DNA of 64,000 bases. Origin: Escherichia phage FL31. Location: the sequence record PP400782. One strand, written 5' to 3'. Both the position numbers and the translations under genes were made by a program. This document shows, piece by piece, positions 62,744 through 64,000 of the stretch (positions within the stretch are counted from its first letter, which is position 1; each line of letters begins with the position of its first letter). The notes under the pieces were generated by a model that saw only the letters and a list, made by a program, of their open reading frames with translations, searched no databases and had not been told where the DNA came from.

Positions 62744-64000
62744 TATAAACCTGTCTGGGACCACGGTCCAAATACGTCTTCAAATGAATCCGCTTCTGTT
62801 TTATCAAAACGGAACCCTTTAATAATTGGAAGGAAAATACCTACAGTACCTTCACGGCCTTTAGAATGAACCCAACCATTGCATTCACAATCAGCAATAC
62901 GTCCAATCAATTTACCTTCACGAGCTTCGGTCATTAATCGTTCACGGTCCAAATCATGACGCTCATCTAAAGGAATAAGAACCTTTACACCATCAACTGT
63001 TTTATGAGTTGTATCTTTAAACCCTGAACCACAATCAGTTGTAATACGACGACAACGTGATACGAGTTCGACACCACCTAATTTGTTAGGGTCTTTAGAG
63101 TGTTCATAGTATCCTACAACTTCTAAAGCGATATCAATAACTTCTTTAAATTTAATTAGGTTCTTAGAGCGTTTGTTTTCCCAGTATGAATCACGGTTTT
63201 TAAGGATAATACCTTCAAGACCTTGGTCAACATATTTTTTATAAACCACTTTAGCTTCATCAAGATTACGAACTAACTGGTTTTCGATAGGTTCAATTCG
63301 TTTAAAGCCTTCAGCCATATTTTCAAGAGCAGCAAAACGAACATCGTATTTCTGACCTTTAATTTTGCCGTCAGAATAGACTTCATCTAAAGGAACATAG
63401 TCCCAGGCTTGAAGAACCATACCTTCCGCTTCTTTAGGAGAAATAGTCCCTTGAAGAGATTTATTTGCTAAACCGTTTGAAGTGCTACGGTCTGCAACTT
63501 GTACTTCTTCGGATTCTTCATTATCACCAAATAAGAACGACAAGTCATTTCCTGAGCTCACAGCCTTTTTAATATCAAATGAATGATAAACTAATTCACC
63601 GTCGATTAAAACCCCATTAGGGTGTCTTTCACGAGCTTCTTTAGTCATTTCCATTAGTTCATCCGCTAATAGAGTAAGACCATGGTATTCATTACCAGCA
63701 CGAGAAAAGAATTGAACACCATCATCGCGAACTTCAGCGAAACAACGAGCACCATCTGCTTTTAATTGGGCAAATGCAGGCCATTTAATATTTTTAGTAA
63801 TCAATTTCTCGTCATATGCAGATGCTAACATCTGTGGTTGCAATTGAATAAGTCCAGGCCACACCTTATTCGCGATAGACACTGAAGCACCTACTTCAAG
63901 GTCGCGCATCATTACACGACGAAGGACTTCTACATCATCAGGTTTACCGTCAGCGATATAACCCATGAGCTCTTTAATTGCAGCATTACCAGTGAGTTTA
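62743..64000 (-). CDS. 30: DNA ligase gp30, partial (N-terminal part lies beyond the window)
   Basis: Reading frame runs to the window edge; KADGAR adenylation motif; C-terminal GKILECECNGW-like segment as in T4 ligase (recall). Confidence 0.85.
   Translation of the reverse strand, partial: KLTGNAAIKELMGYIADGKPDDVEVLRRVMMRDLEVGASVSIANKVWPGLIQLQPQMLASAYDEKLITKNIKWPAFAQLKADGARCFAEVRDDGVQFFSRAGNEYHGLTLLADELMEMTKEARERHPNGVLIDGELVYHSFDIKKAVSSGNDLSFLFGDNEESEEVQVADRSTSNGLANKSLQGTISPKEAEGMVLQAWDYVPLDEVYSDGKIKGQKYDVRFAALENMAEGFKRIEPIENQLVRNLDEAKVVYKKYVDQGLEGIILKNRDSYWENKRSKNLIKFKEVIDIALEVVGYYEHSKDPNKLGGVELVSRCRRITTDCGSGFKDTTHKTVDGVKVLIPLDERHDLDRERLMTEAREGKLIGRIADCECNGWVHSKGREGTVGIFLPIIKGFRFDKTEADSFEDVFGPWSQTGL

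Overview
Contiguous segment of a T4-like (T-even, Tequatrovirus-type) myovirus genome. Gene content and order follow phage T4 from the denV/e early region through the baseplate, neck, terminase, tail and head blocks to alt and part of gene 30 (DNA ligase, runs off the window). gp23, lysozyme, Hoc, UvsY, gp53 and others look near-identical to T4 as I recall its proteins; this is recall, not a computed alignment. 1-16.1 kb is a minus-strand early/accessory region: internal proteins with capsid-targeting leaders, denV, e, nudE, a block of small unknown ORFs, two tRNAs, the ipI/57B/57A locus and genes 1, 3, 2, 4. 16.1-60 kb is the late structural module on the plus strand (53, 5, 5.1, 5.4, 6-12, wac, 13-24, uvsW, 51, 27-29, 48, 54), interrupted by minus-strand rnlB, hoc, inh, uvsY, 25 and 26. 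Regulatory punctuation is T4-typical: TATAAATA late promoters, GTTTAC-N17/18-TAtAgT early promoters often wrapped in a stem-loop, UUCG/GNRA hairpin terminators, and ATGA/TAATG start-stop overlaps. No CRISPR array, integrase, transposase or homing endonuclease was seen. Most notable: at least seven ORFs carrying the capsid-targeting leader (candidate injected anti-defence proteins), a tandem triplet of small paralogues ending in WV(S/A)SSxxC, a 47-bp exact promoter/RBS/start cassette duplicated 36 kb apart, and a small early gene in the 23-24 intergenic slot. Many ORF-track starts are TTG/GTG and were trimmed to the downstream RBS-preceded ATG; CDS coordinates include the stop codon.
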